Shown: positions 9,806 to 20,099, counted from the stretch's first letter. The stretch is 64,000 nucleotides of DNA from an uncultured Acidobacteriota bacterium (GCA_963770895.1 CAVYRF010000002.1:3104001-3168000), one strand, 5' to 3'. Notes: a model not told the origin generated them from the sequence alone. A program made the numbers and translations.

Positions 9806-11059
9806 CTAGTCCCGCGCTGACGGCGCGGGCGAAGGCTCCGGCGGCACGACCGGTGCGGGTGGCGCCGGCTGGGCCGCCGGTGCCGGCGGCGCCGTCGCAA
9901 CCGCCGGCGGGCCGGCGGCGGGCGGCGCGGCAGATCCCGCGGGCGCTGCCGTGGCCGGCGCCGCGGTGGGCGGTGGCGCCGCTTCGGCCGCCGGCGGGCG
10001 CGCCGCTGCCGCCGGACGCAGCGCCAGGCGCACCATCTTGTCGGGGTTCTTGCGCAGCTCGAAGGCCAGCTTTTCGGCGATCGCGCTTTGCAGGCGGGTG
10101 CGCTCGGCGGCGGCCAGGCGCGCGGCGTCGATCCAGCCGCCGGCGGTGCGGCCGTGACCGCCGCCCTTGCCGCGGCGGCCGATCAGCCGGCGCATCAGCC
10201 CGCCGGCGTCGGCGCGCGGATTGGTGGTGCGGATGGAAAGGTACATGCGGTCGCCGAAAAAGCCGGTGCACAGCGACCAGGTCTTGCCTTCGAGGCGCAG
10301 CAGCAGGTCGGCGAGCTCGGGCACGATGTCCGGCTGATCGATGGCGCCCAGGTGGGACAGGATGAGCGAATCCACCACCTCCAGCCGCTCCAGCGCCTCG
10401 TGCAGGCTGCCGAAATAGCTCAGCGGCAGGCGCGGATTGAGGATGCGCGCCAGCAGGCGGTGGTTGGCCAGGGCGAAGAACTGGTCGTAGACCGCCTTGT
10501 CGGGGCCGGTGAACTCGCGCGAAAAATCCTGCGTTTCGGAGCGGATGGCGTAGATGAGCGCGGTGGCCAGGGCGTGCGTCGGCACCAGGCCCGCCGCCTC
10601 CATGTATTCGCCCAGGATGGTGGCGGTGGCGCCGTAGGCCGGCCGCACGTCGATGCACCGGGTGCCCAGCGTCGTCTTGCGCAGCGGATGGTGGTCGATC
10701 ACCAGGTCGGGCACGATGTCGGCCGGCAGCTGGTTGTTGCCGGTGCGCGGTTGGGTGTCGACCAGGGCGAAGTGCTGGTAGCGCCGCAGGCTCAGGCGGC
10801 GGACGTGGCTCGCCTGGAGGTGCAGGCTGCGCACCATCTCGCGGTTTTCGGCGCGGCCGATGATGCCGCCGTACGCGGCCGTCGCGCGCTGCTTGAAGGC
10901 GCGGCGCAGCACGGTGCAGAGCAGCAGGGCGGAGGCCAGGGCGTCGGGGTCGGGGTTGTCGTGCGTCAGCACCAGCCAGCGGCCGGTGCTCCCCGCGCCG
11001 GCGCCGCCGAACCGCTCGCGCAGCGCCGCCAGCCGCTCTCGCGTAACCTCTGGAACCAT
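9806..11059 (-). CDS. DHH/DHHA1 phosphoesterase (NrnA-like)
   Basis: THDNPDPDALAS, LVDT, IDHH, GGGH..AGG; Pro/Ala-rich tail. Confidence 0.9.
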   Translation of the reverse strand: MVPEVTRERLAALRERFGGAGAGSTGRWLVLTHDNPDPDALASALLLCTVLRRAFKQRATAAYGGIIGRAENREMVRSLHLQASHVRRLSLRRYQHFALVDTQPRTGNNQLPADIVPDLVIDHHPLRKTTLGTRCIDVRPAYGATATILGEYMEAAGLVPTHALATALIYAIRSETQDFSREFTGPDKAVYDQFFALANHRLLARILNPRLPLSYFGSLHEALERLEVVDSLILSHLGAIDQPDIVPELADLLLRLEGKTWSLCTGFFGDRMYLSIRTTNPRADAGGLMRRLIGRRGKGGGHGRTAGGWIDAARLAAAERTRLQSAIAEKLAFELRKNPDKMVRLALRPAAAARPPAAEAAPPPTAAPATAAPAGSAAPPAAGPPAVATAPPAPAAQPAPPAPVVPPEPSPAPSARD

Positions 11060-11179
11060 CGGTGGATCTTAGTCCAGTCGCGGCCCGGCCGCACGCCGCG
11101 CGGCGGCCCTCCGGGGCGCCTGGCGGCTGGTGGTACCATTGCGTCTTCGGCCAGGCGCCGGGAGGGTGGAGCGCGGATC

Positions 11180-12052
11180 ATGATCCAGGAGCTTTTTCAC
11201 ATCGGCAGCTTTTCCATCAGCCCGTTCGGGATGATGCTGGTCTGCGCCTTCCTGGCGAGCTACTTCCAGCTGCGGTGGGGAATGCGTCGCCTGGGTATCG
11301 GCGACGAAGAGGACGCGAGCGCCCTGGTGTTCGCCGCCGGCCTGGGCGGCATCGCCGGCGCCAAGGTCTACTACGCGCTGCTCAACATGGACTGGCACGT
11401 GCTGTTCGACCGCTCGGGGCTGGTCTGGTACGGCGGCTTCATCGTCGGCGCGGCGGCGGTGCTGATCGTCATCCGGCGGCGCCGGCTGGCCGCCTGGCCG
11501 CTGCTGGACGCCGCCGTGCCCGCCCTGGCGCTGGGCTACGCGGTGGGGCGCATCGGCTGCTTCCTGGTGGGCGACGACTACGGCCGGCCGAGCAACCTGC
11601 CGTGGGCCGTGGCGTTCCCGGTCGGCCTGCCGCGCACCACCGCCGGCGAGCTGCGCCAGGTCTTCCACCTGGACATCCCGGCGTCGATTTCCGACGAAAC
11701 GCTGCTCAAGGTCCATCCCACGCAGCTCTACGAGACGGGGCTGTGCCTGCTGATCTGGGCGTTCGCCCTGTGGCTGCTGCGCCGGCGGCAGGCGGGCGGC
11801 TGGGCGGCCGCGCCGGGGGTGGTCGGCATGACGATCCTGGGCCTGCTGGCCGTCGAGCGCTTCCTGGTGGAGATGCTGCGCGCCAAGGACGACCGCTTCT
11901 TCGGCAACCTGACGCTGGCGCAGGTGATCAGCCTGGCGCTGCTGGTCCTGGCCGCGGTCCTGGCGCGGCGGCGGGCGCGCCAGGGGGGCGCCGGTGCTCC
12001 CGACGCTCCCGGCGCCGCCCCGCGGCCGCAGCCGAAGGCGGCCCGCCCGTAA
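11180..12052 (+). CDS. lgt: prolipoprotein diacylglyceryl transferase
   Basis: GLVWYGG, GRIGCFL.GDDYGRP, HPTQLYE, RF.VE..R; multiple TM segments. Confidence 0.93.
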   Translation: MIQELFHIGSFSISPFGMMLVCAFLASYFQLRWGMRRLGIGDEEDASALVFAAGLGGIAGAKVYYALLNMDWHVLFDRSGLVWYGGFIVGAAAVLIVIRRRRLAAWPLLDAAVPALALGYAVGRIGCFLVGDDYGRPSNLPWAVAFPVGLPRTTAGELRQVFHLDIPASISDETLLKVHPTQLYETGLCLLIWAFALWLLRRRQAGGWAAAPGVVGMTILGLLAVERFLVEMLRAKDDRFFGNLTLAQVISLALLVLAAVLARRRARQGGAGAPDAPGAAPRPQPKAARP

Positions 12053-12116
12053 CCGGGCGCGCCGGTGATGGAGCACTAAGGACACGAGCGGGCCGCTCGG
12101 CGCGGCCCTCACGACG

Positions 12117-13064
12117 ATGATTCTTTCCAAGCGCGTGCTGGTGATCGCCGGCTCCGACTCCGGCGCCGGAGCCGGCATCCAGGCCGACCTCAAGACCCTG
12201 GCGGCGCACGGCGTGTACGGCCTGTGCGCGGTCACCGCGGTCACGGCGCAGAACAGCCGCGGCGTGCAGGCGGTCGCCGCGGTGCCGCCGGCCATGGTCG
12301 CCGCGCAGATCGACGCGGTGCTGGCCGACGGCGGCGCCGACGCGATCAAGATCGGCATGCTATGGAACGCGGCGATCGTGCGCACGGTGGCGGAGCGGCT
12401 GCGCGTCCACCTGCCGGCGGCCGGCGCGCCGCTGGCGCCGGCGCGCAGCGGGCGTGCCGCCGCCGGTCCGCGGCGGGTGCCGGTGGTGTTCGATCCGGTC
12501 CTCGCCGCCGGCACCGGCGCGCCGCTGACCGCCGACCTGGCGGAGACGATCGCGGCGATGCTCAGCGAGCTGTTGCCGCTGGTGACCCTGGTGACCCCCA
12601 ACGTCCCCGAGCTGGCGCTGCTGACCGCCCCCGGCGCCGAGAACGCCGCCGCACCCGCCGCCGCCGGCAGCGCGCCGCCGGCGGCCGCCGGCGAGCCGGA
12701 GCGCCTGGCGCAGGCGCGGCGGCTGGCGGCCCGCGGGCCCGCGGTGCTGGCCAAGGGGGGCCACGACCAGGGGACGGGCGGCCAGGTCGTCGACCTGCTG
12801 CTGGTGCCGGGAGGCGCGGGCGGGCAGGGCGAGCAGGTGGTCCGTTTCGCCGCGCCTCGCCTCGCGACTCGCGCGACCCATGGCACCGGCTGTACGCTAT
12901 CCGCAGCGATTGCCGGCCGCCTGGCGGCCGGCGAGCAGCTGGCGGCGGCGGCCGGCGGTGCCATCGGCTACGTGCGGCGCGCCATGCAGGCGGCCGTGCC
13001 GGCCGGCGCCGGTCCCGCCCCGCTCGCCCACTTCTTTGACCGCCAACAGGACTACCGACCGTAG
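12117..13064 (+). CDS. thiD: hydroxymethylpyrimidine/phosphomethylpyrimidine kinase
   Basis: IAGSDSGAGAGIQADLKT, TAVTAQN, KIGML, DPV, TPN, KGGH, THGTGCTLS. Confidence 0.93.
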   Translation: MILSKRVLVIAGSDSGAGAGIQADLKTLAAHGVYGLCAVTAVTAQNSRGVQAVAAVPPAMVAAQIDAVLADGGADAIKIGMLWNAAIVRTVAERLRVHLPAAGAPLAPARSGRAAAGPRRVPVVFDPVLAAGTGAPLTADLAETIAAMLSELLPLVTLVTPNVPELALLTAPGAENAAAPAAAGSAPPAAAGEPERLAQARRLAARGPAVLAKGGHDQGTGGQVVDLLLVPGGAGGQGEQVVRFAAPRLATRATHGTGCTLSAAIAGRLAAGEQLAAAAGGAIGYVRRAMQAAVPAGAGPAPLAHFFDRQQDYRP

Positions 13065-13074
13065 GAGCCGTACC

Positions 13075-14115
13075 GTGAACGACCTAGAACCGCTCGATCT
13101 GCTGGTGGTGGGAGCTGGACCCACCGGCATCGCCATCGGCGCCGAAGCTCGGCAGGCCGGCCTGACGGTGTTGCTGGTGGACCGCGGCCCGTTGACCGCC
13201 GCCATCCAGGCCTACCCGACCTTTGTCGAATTCTTCACCACCCGCGACCGGCTGGAGATCGCCGGCATGCCGTTCTCGATCCCCGAAGCCAAACCGTCGC
13301 GCCGCCAGGCGCTGGTGTACTACCGCGGCGTCGTCGAGCGCTACGCCATCCCGCTGGCGCTCTACGAAAACGTCCTGGACGTCCAGCGCCGCGGCGACGG
13401 CTTCGTGGCGCGCACCGAGCGGCTGGCCGAGCCGGGGGTGGTGCGCGAACGGCGCGCGCGGGCGGTGGCGATCGCCACCGGCTACTTCGACGGGGTGAAG
13501 CGGCTGGGCGTGCCGGGTGAGGAGCAGGCCTGGGTGCGCCACCGGTACGTCGAGCCCTATCCCTTTTTCAACCAGGACGTGGTGATCGTCGGCGCCGGCA
13601 ACACCGCGGCCGAGGCGGCCGTGGACCTGTGGCGCAACGGCGCCAGGGTCACCCTGGTGCACCGGCGCGAGCACCTCAAGCAGGGCGTCAAGTACTGGCT
13701 CAAGCCGGACGTGGAGAACCGCATCGGCGAGGGTTCGATCCGCGCCCGCTTCCAGTCGGTGGTGCGCTCGTTCGGCCACGAAACCGTCGAGATCACCACC
13801 CCCGGCGGCGACGAGTCGCTGCCGGCGCAGGCGGCCTTCGTGCTCATCGGCTACGTGCCCGACGCCGCGTTCCAGAGCCGCTGCGGCGTCGACGTCGACC
13901 CGGCGACGCTGGTGCCCAGCTTCGACCCCGACACCTGCGAAACCAACGTGCCCGGCCTCTACGTCGCCGGCACCATCCAGGCGGGGCGCAGCATCGACCG
14001 CATCTTCATCGAGAACTCCCGCGAGCACGGTCCCAAGATCGTGCGCCACCTGCGCGAACGCCTGTCCGGCAGCCCGGCCGGCGCGCCGCAGCCGGCGCTC
14101 AGCACCGCGGGGTAG
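13075..14115 (+). CDS. ypdA: YpdA-family putative bacillithiol disulfide reductase
   Basis: GAGPTG, ATGYFD, KYWLKPDVENRI, ETNVPGLYVAG, IFIENSREH; AGGAG before GTG 13075. Confidence 0.85.
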   Translation: MNDLEPLDLLVVGAGPTGIAIGAEARQAGLTVLLVDRGPLTAAIQAYPTFVEFFTTRDRLEIAGMPFSIPEAKPSRRQALVYYRGVVERYAIPLALYENVLDVQRRGDGFVARTERLAEPGVVRERRARAVAIATGYFDGVKRLGVPGEEQAWVRHRYVEPYPFFNQDVVIVGAGNTAAEAAVDLWRNGARVTLVHRREHLKQGVKYWLKPDVENRIGEGSIRARFQSVVRSFGHETVEITTPGGDESLPAQAAFVLIGYVPDAAFQSRCGVDVDPATLVPSFDPDTCETNVPGLYVAGTIQAGRSIDRIFIENSREHGPKIVRHLRERLSGSPAGAPQPALSTAG

Positions 14116-14166
14116 GATGCACGAAAATACCGGGCCTCGGCTTGTTGCCCGTTTTTGGAGACTTCC

Positions 14167-16233
14167 ATGACCGTTTTCACTTCCCGCTCCCTTCGCCATA
14201 CCTCCCGCCCACGGACCGCGCCGCTGGCGTTCGCCCTGCTGGCGGCGGCCGGCGCCCTGGTCTGCGGCCTGCACCCGGCCGCGGCGCAAAAGCCCGAAAC
14301 GGCCAAGATCGTGCCGGCGCAGCCGGCCCCGGCCGCCCCGGCGCCCGCCGCTCAGCCGGCGCCCGACCAGACTCCGGCGGCCCCCGCCCCGGCTGCTCCC
14401 GCCGCTCCCGCTGAGCAGCAGCCGGCGCCCGCCGCCCCGGCCGCGCCCGCCGACCAACAGCCCGCGCCCGCCGCCGCGCCGCCGCCCGCCCAGGTGGCAC
14501 AGCCGCAGCCGGCACCCGCCGCCCCGGCTCCGGCCCCCCCGGCTCCCGCCATCGCGCCCGCCCCGGCGCCGTCACCAGCTCCCGCGCCGTCGCCCGCGCC
14601 CCAGCCGGCGCCGGCGCCGAAGCCAGCTCCGCGGCCCGCCGCGGTGGCATCGGGACCGCTGTTCGGCGAGCAGATCGAAGTGCGGGTGGTCAACGTCGAA
14701 GCGGTGGTCACCGACAAAAAGGGCAACCGCGTGCCGGATCTGACGCCCCAGGACTTCCGCCTGAAGGTGGACGGCAAGGTCATCAAGATCGACTACTTCA
14801 CCGAGGTGCGCGGCGGCCAGGCGATCGCCCTGGCGCCCGGGTCCGGTACGCAGTCGATCCCCGGCCTGCCCGACCTGGCGCCGGGAAGCCCGGTGGGCAC
14901 CAGCTACCTGGTGTTCGTCGACGACTATTTTTCGGTGTCGGCGCGCCGCAACGAAGTGCTGCGGTCGCTCAAGGACGACCTGTCGCGCCTGGGCCCCGAG
15001 GACCGCATGGCCCTGGTCGCCTACGACGGCCGCCACCTGAACATGCTGTCCAGCTGGTCCAGCTCGCCGCACGACCTGGGCCGGGCGATCGAAACCGAGA
15101 TCGGCAATCCCACCTACGGCCTGCAGCGCCTGGCCGAGCTGCGCCAGTTTGACGACAGCAAACGTCGCGGTCCGCAGACGACCGATATCGACGCCCAGGC
15201 ACGCGCGGGCTTCGCGCGCAGCACGCTGTCGGTATCCGAAGAGGGATTTGTCTACCAGCTGGCGTCGCAGCTGGAAGAGTCGGTGTCGGCGGCGGTGAGC
15301 ACGCTGCGCGCCTTTGCCGCGCCGCCGGGCCGCAAGGTGATGCTGATCCTGGCGGGCGGCTGGCCCTACTCGCCGGTCGATTACGCGATCAACGACTACA
15401 ATCGCCCCATCACCGACCGCTCGCTGCCCAACGGCGACCAGATCATGAAGCCGCTGGCGGATACCGCCAACCGGCTCGGCTACACCCTCTACCCGGTGGA
15501 CGTGCCGGGCCTCGAAACGGATGCCGCCACCGCCACCACCGACTTTCAGCCGCCGGGGCTGGCCACCACGATGGGCCTGCGCGAGCAGGAGCACGAAGGG
15601 ACGCTGACCCACCTGGCCAGCGAAACCGGCGGCAAGGCGCTGATCAATTCCTTGCGCATCGCCTCGCTGGAGCACGTCGAGGCCGACACCCGCTCGTATT
15701 ACTGGCTGGGATTCACCCCCTCGTGGCAAGGCAACGACAAGACCCACAAGGTCCAGCTGGAGCTGCTGCGCAAGGATCTCACCGTGCGCACCCGCGACAG
15801 CTTCCTGGACCGATCGCGCAAGTCGGACATTTCGATGATGGTCGAAAGCGCCATGCTGTTCGGCGCGCCGGCGGGTTCGGCGGTGATGCCGGTGCAGCTG
15901 GGTACGCCGGTCAAGGCGGCCAAGCGCGGCCAGATGGAGGTGCCGGTGACGCTGGCGATTCCCACCAGCTCGTTCGTCGCCGTGCCGATCAACGGCAAGT
16001 ACGCTTCCGAGCTGGAGCTGCGGGTGGCCGCCCAGGACGAGCACGGCGATCGCTCCGACATTCCGGTGGTGCCGCTGACGCTGCAAAGCGACAAGCCGCC
16101 GATCGCCGGCCACTTTGTCCGCTACCAGACCAAGGTGACGCTGCGCCACGCCGACCAGCACCTGATCTTTGCCATTTTCGATCCCTTGAGCAACAAGATC
16201 ACCACCGCCGAGGTGGACGTAAAAGCCTATTGA
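14167..16233 (+). CDS. secreted VWA-domain protein (acidobacterial type) with Pro/Ala-rich linker
   Basis: Signal peptide; VRVVNVEAVVTDKKGNRVPDLT..DF; GRKVMLIL; LASETGG; YYWLGF. Confidence 0.85.
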   Translation: MTVFTSRSLRHTSRPRTAPLAFALLAAAGALVCGLHPAAAQKPETAKIVPAQPAPAAPAPAAQPAPDQTPAAPAPAAPAAPAEQQPAPAAPAAPADQQPAPAAAPPPAQVAQPQPAPAAPAPAPPAPAIAPAPAPSPAPAPSPAPQPAPAPKPAPRPAAVASGPLFGEQIEVRVVNVEAVVTDKKGNRVPDLTPQDFRLKVDGKVIKIDYFTEVRGGQAIALAPGSGTQSIPGLPDLAPGSPVGTSYLVFVDDYFSVSARRNEVLRSLKDDLSRLGPEDRMALVAYDGRHLNMLSSWSSSPHDLGRAIETEIGNPTYGLQRLAELRQFDDSKRRGPQTTDIDAQARAGFARSTLSVSEEGFVYQLASQLEESVSAAVSTLRAFAAPPGRKVMLILAGGWPYSPVDYAINDYNRPITDRSLPNGDQIMKPLADTANRLGYTLYPVDVPGLETDAATATTDFQPPGLATTMGLREQEHEGTLTHLASETGGKALINSLRIASLEHVEADTRSYYWLGFTPSWQGNDKTHKVQLELLRKDLTVRTRDSFLDRSRKSDISMMVESAMLFGAPAGSAVMPVQLGTPVKAAKRGQMEVPVTLAIPTSSFVAVPINGKYASELELRVAAQDEHGDRSDIPVVPLTLQSDKPPIAGHFVRYQTKVTLRHADQHLIFAIFDPLSNKITTAEVDVKAY

Positions 16234-16307
16234 ACGGCCGGTGCGTATAATGCCGGCAATCTGTTTGCCGGCCGGTGACGCTGGCACAGGTAGAAAGGCG
16301 TGCATCT

Positions 16308-18116
16308 ATGAGCACCATGACTTCCCGCCGGCGGGCCGCGCTGCCGCTTGCCGTACTGACCCTGGCGGCGGCGCTGGCCGCCGCGGGCTCACTGCCCCGG
16401 CCGGCGCGGGCGCAGACCGCCTCGCGCCCCGGCGCTCCCGCCCGGTCTGCCGCCGCCACGTCGGCGACTCCGGCCAAGCCGGGCAGCGGACCGCAAGCCA
16501 AGGCCGCCGACGACAGCCTGGTCGAATCGGTCACCGTCAGCGTCGTCAACGTCGACGTCTACGTGAGCGATAAAAAGGGCCGGATCACCGGCCTGACGCG
16601 CGACGACTTCGAGCTGTTCGAAGACGGCCGGCCGATGAAGGTCAGCAACTTCCTGGCGATGGAAGGCGGCAAGCCGGTCGGCGCAGCAGCCGAGCCCGAA
16701 GCCCCGCCGGTGGTCGACGCACAGGGCAAGGTGGTGCCAAAGCTGCCGGAGGCGTACCAGCCGGCGGTGATCCCCGACGACCAGCGGCTGCGCCTGATCG
16801 TCTACATCGACAATTTCAACCTCAAGCCGTTCGACCGCAACAAGGTCATGCGGTCGCTGCGCGTCTTCCTGGACCAGAAGCTGCGCCGCGGCGACGAGGT
16901 CATGCTGGTGACCTACGATCGCGAGCTGCACGTGCGCAACACCTTCACCACGGACGTCTCGCTGATCAACAACCAGCTGCTCGATATCGAAAAGATTTCG
17001 GCGCAGGGCGTGCACCAGGAAGACGACCGGCGGGAGGTGCTGCGCCAGATCCATGACGACGCGCTCAGCGGCAGCGAAGCGATGATGTATGCGCGCGCTT
17101 ACGCCGGCGCGGCGTTCAACGACCTCAGCTTCACCATCGACGCGCTCAAGAACCTCACCACTTCGCTCGCCGGGCTCTCCGGCCGCAAGGCGATCGTCTA
17201 CGTCAGCGACGGCCTGCCGATGGTCGCCGGCGAAGACGTCTTCTACGCCATCCAGAGCCAATACAGCAGTACCAGCATCATCTCGGAAAACGCCGAGTTC
17301 GACGCGTCGCGGCGCTTCGAGGAGCTGACCGCCACGGCCAACGCCGACCGCGTGACGTTCTACACCATCGACGCCGCCGGCCTGCGCACCTACACTTCGA
17401 CCAGCGCCGAAAACGCCACCGCCGGCAACGGCGTGTACGTGGACGAGATCAACATCACCAACATCCAAAGCCCGCTGCAATTCCTGGCCGAAAAGACCGG
17501 CGGCACCTCGATCATCAACGCCAACGACGTCGGCCCCAGCCTGGATCGCATCGCCCAGGACTTCAACACGTTCTATTCGCTGGGCTACACGCCGCCGCAC
17601 CAGGGCGATGGCCGCTTTCACAAGATCACCGTCAAGGTGAAACGCAAGGGGCTGACGCTGCGCTACCGCGAGGGCTATCGCGACAAGAGCATCGAAACGC
17701 GCATGAGCGACGGGACCATGGCGACCCTCCAGTTCCCGTTCCAGACCAATCCGCTGGGCGTATCGCTCGACTTCGGGCGCCCGTCGCCGCGCCAGGACGG
17801 GCTGTACCTGGTGCCGATCAACATCAAGATCCCGCTCGGCAAGCTGGCGCTGGTGCCGCGCGGCGAAAACGGCAGCGAAGCCAAGGTGCGGCTGTTCATC
17901 GGCGCCATGGACGAGAACGGCAGCACCTCCGACGTGCAGCAGGTGCCGATTCCGATCAAGGTGCCGACTGCCGAGGTGGCCAAGCTCGGCGGCAAGCATT
18001 TCCTGTACACCGTCAGCCTGTTGATGCGCGGCGGTGGCCAAAAAGTTGCAATTGGCCTGCGTGATGACGTCGGCGCCCAGGAATCCTACGTCGCCGGCGA
18101 GCTGACCGTCCGCTGA
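16308..18116 (+). CDS. secreted VWA-domain protein (paralog of the upstream gene)
   Basis: VVNVDVYVSDKKGRITGLTRDDF, GRKAIVYVSDG, LAEKTGG, YSLGY..DGRFHKITVKV; TATAAT at 16246-16251 upstream. Confidence 0.88.
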   Translation: MSTMTSRRRAALPLAVLTLAAALAAAGSLPRPARAQTASRPGAPARSAAATSATPAKPGSGPQAKAADDSLVESVTVSVVNVDVYVSDKKGRITGLTRDDFELFEDGRPMKVSNFLAMEGGKPVGAAAEPEAPPVVDAQGKVVPKLPEAYQPAVIPDDQRLRLIVYIDNFNLKPFDRNKVMRSLRVFLDQKLRRGDEVMLVTYDRELHVRNTFTTDVSLINNQLLDIEKISAQGVHQEDDRREVLRQIHDDALSGSEAMMYARAYAGAAFNDLSFTIDALKNLTTSLAGLSGRKAIVYVSDGLPMVAGEDVFYAIQSQYSSTSIISENAEFDASRRFEELTATANADRVTFYTIDAAGLRTYTSTSAENATAGNGVYVDEINITNIQSPLQFLAEKTGGTSIINANDVGPSLDRIAQDFNTFYSLGYTPPHQGDGRFHKITVKVKRKGLTLRYREGYRDKSIETRMSDGTMATLQFPFQTNPLGVSLDFGRPSPRQDGLYLVPINIKIPLGKLALVPRGENGSEAKVRLFIGAMDENGSTSDVQQVPIPIKVPTAEVAKLGGKHFLYTVSLLMRGGGQKVAIGLRDDVGAQESYVAGELTVR

Positions 18117-18155
18117 TCGCGGAGGGCGGGTCAACCCAGGCAGGAGCTGCAGACG

Positions 18156-18743
18156 ATGGTCGAACCGGGCAACGGTGTGGTGCAGGGGTGGATCGATCTG
18201 TTCCGTTCGCTCGGTTCGGCGCTGCTCGGGGTGCTGCGCGCCGAAGCGCAGGCATTGGGGGCGGATTTCCGCCGCTCCGGCCACCTGCTGGGGCGCGGTC
18301 TGGCGCTGCTGGGTGCCGCCGCGGGGGTGCTCTTCTGGACCCTGGGTGTCGTGATCTTCACCCTGGTAGCAGTGCTGGCGCTGTGGCTGCCGCTGTGGGC
18401 GGCGGCGCTCATCGCCGCGGCGCTGTTTGCGGCGGCCGGCGGCCTGCTCGCGCTGCTCGGCCTGCGTCAGCTGCGGCAGCTGGAGAGCCCGGCGGAGGAC
18501 ATCCGCCGCCGGGTATCCGATCACCTGGATTGGTGGCAAAGCCGGCTGCTGGCGGAGCCTCCGGCGGTGGTTTCGCCGACCCCGCCGCCCGTATCGCCAA
18601 CGCCGCCCGGGACCCCAAGTCCGCCGGCGGGCGGCGGCCCCATGCCGCCGCGGCCCGATCGCGCCCCACCGCCGCCGCGGCCCGGCCGCGGCGCCCCGCC
18701 GCCGATCCATCCCGCCGATCCGCTGGAGGACGACGAACCGTGA
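18156..18743 (+). CDS. YqjE/DUF1469-like (holin-X family) membrane protein
   Basis: Amphipathic helix (L.RAE..L..A), two TM helices including LPLWAAALI, Pro-rich tail. Confidence 0.7.
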   Translation: MVEPGNGVVQGWIDLFRSLGSALLGVLRAEAQALGADFRRSGHLLGRGLALLGAAAGVLFWTLGVVIFTLVAVLALWLPLWAAALIAAALFAAAGGLLALLGLRQLRQLESPAEDIRRRVSDHLDWWQSRLLAEPPAVVSPTPPPVSPTPPGTPSPPAGGGPMPPRPDRAPPPPRPGRGAPPPIHPADPLEDDEP

Positions 18744-18964
18744 GCAACCTGGATGACGCACGGCGCGAAGCCGAGGCGCGGCTGGCGGCCAGCCGCCGCG
18801 TGGTCGAAGAGCGGCTGGCGGAGGTGAAGTCGGCGGTCGAAGGCACCGTCGGCTTGGTGCCGCGCAACGCCGCGGTGCTGCTGGCCTTGGTGGCGGGGGC
18901 AGGCGGCTTCGCGCTCGCCATGCGCCGTCGCCGTCGCCCGCGCCGCCGGCGGGTCAACGGCTAG
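18740..18964 (+). CDS. small membrane-anchored protein, partner of the DUF1469-like gene
   Basis: GTGA overlap with the upstream stop; coiled coil, one TM, Arg-rich tail. Confidence 0.6.
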   Translation: MSNLDDARREAEARLAASRRVVEERLAEVKSAVEGTVGLVPRNAAVLLALVAGAGGFALAMRRRRRPRRRRVNG

Positions 18965-19013
18965 ACAGACCACCAAGGCCCGCAGGGCTTCAGGCTAACC
19001 GGCTAGCGGCAGA

Positions 19014-19202
19014 TCAGCCGGCGAGCGGCCGTTTGAAGACCATCGCGATGTTGTCGGTGGCGCCGGTCTTGAAGTTGACCGAGGTGATCGAAACCAGCTC
19101 CCACCCGTCTTCCCCCAGCTGATTCAACTGCGGCGCGGCGGCGGGATCCAGGCGATAGTTTTCGCTGCGGATGTTGATGATCTTGTACTCCCACTTGCTC
19201 AT
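19014..19202 (-). CDS. DUF4177-like small protein
   Basis: MSKWEYK...LNQLGEDGWELVS...FKRP; AAGGAG upstream. Confidence 0.85.
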   Translation of the reverse strand: MSKWEYKIINIRSENYRLDPAAAPQLNQLGEDGWELVSITSVNFKTGATDNIAMVFKRPLAG

Positions 19203-19310
19203 GGCTGCCCACTCCTTGCGTCCGTCGCGTGGGCGCGTGGCGCCTGCGACCCTCAGCAATTGTAACGCCGGGCCTTGCGAACCGTTGCGCCGCGCGGCGG
19301 CGCGGGCCGG

Positions 19311-20099
19311 TCAGCGCGGCGGGCTCCAGCGGACCTGCACCGCGACGCCGGCGCCGACGCCCCACCGGCGGGAGAGGTCTTCGCCGCGCATCGCCAGCTC
19401 CAGGGTCCCTTGCGAGCCGACCAGCAGGGCGGCGTCGTAGCGCGGGATCTCCTCGTAGTGAGCGGCGAGGCGGGAGGCGATGTGGCTGCCGACCCGCGCC
19501 ACCAGGTGCGCCGGCGACGCCGGCAGCCAGGCGGCGGGGATGTCGGTGACCAGGTTGCCGTAGCGATCGACGTGCACCACCGCACCGCGCAGCAGCGTGT
19601 CTTCGCGGCTGGGCGGCTGCCGCGCCAGGCGCACCGGGTCGTGGATCTCCGGCCCCAGCTGGGCCGGATCGCCGCCACGGAGCAGAAAGGCAGCTACCGG
19701 CGCGAAGCGGTCGCGGCCGTGGAAGGTGGCGCCGGGAGCGGATAGGAAAAGGTCTTCGCGCTCCACCGACCAGGTGCGCGCGTCGCCGAGCAGCGGCGTG
19801 AGCAGGCCGTTGTCGGGGGCGACCAGCAGCGCCGGCTGCTCGCCGCCGGTGGCCGCCGCCAGAATGCGCCGCCGGCTGCCGACGCCCGGATCGACCACCG
19901 CGAAATGCACGGTGCCCGCCGGAAAGGTGGGCGCCGCGGCTCCCAGCATGTAGGCCCCTGCGGCGACGTCGCCGGGGGCGATCTGGTGGGAAAGGTCCAC
20001 CAGCTGGGTGCCGGGCGCCAGCCGCAGCAGCGTCCCCTTGACGGCGGCAACGTAGTAGTCGTGAAGCCCGAAATCGGTCAACAGCGTGACCAGCGCCAT
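19311..20099 (-). CDS. DUF62 SAM hydroxide adenosyltransferase (chlorinase/fluorinase superfamily)
   Basis: TLLTDFG, VVDPGVGS.RR, APDNGLL, TFHGRDRFAP, VDRYGNLVT. Confidence 0.92.
   Translation of the reverse strand: MALVTLLTDFGLHDYYVAAVKGTLLRLAPGTQLVDLSHQIAPGDVAAGAYMLGAAAPTFPAGTVHFAVVDPGVGSRRRILAAATGGEQPALLVAPDNGLLTPLLGDARTWSVEREDLFLSAPGATFHGRDRFAPVAAFLLRGGDPAQLGPEIHDPVRLARQPPSREDTLLRGAVVHVDRYGNLVTDIPAAWLPASPAHLVARVGSHIASRLAAHYEEIPRYDAALLVGSQGTLELAMRGEDLSRRWGVGAGVAVQVRWSPPR

Noticed and set aside
18156-18743. Phage holin or prophage
   Set aside because: DUF1469/YqjE-like membrane proteins are common chromosomal genes; there is no endolysin or phage context.
19311-20099. Fluorinase or chlorinase
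   Set aside because: It has the Asp/Arg/His pattern (VVDPG, RR, TFHGRD) of DUF62 SAM hydrolases and no halometabolite cluster nearby.
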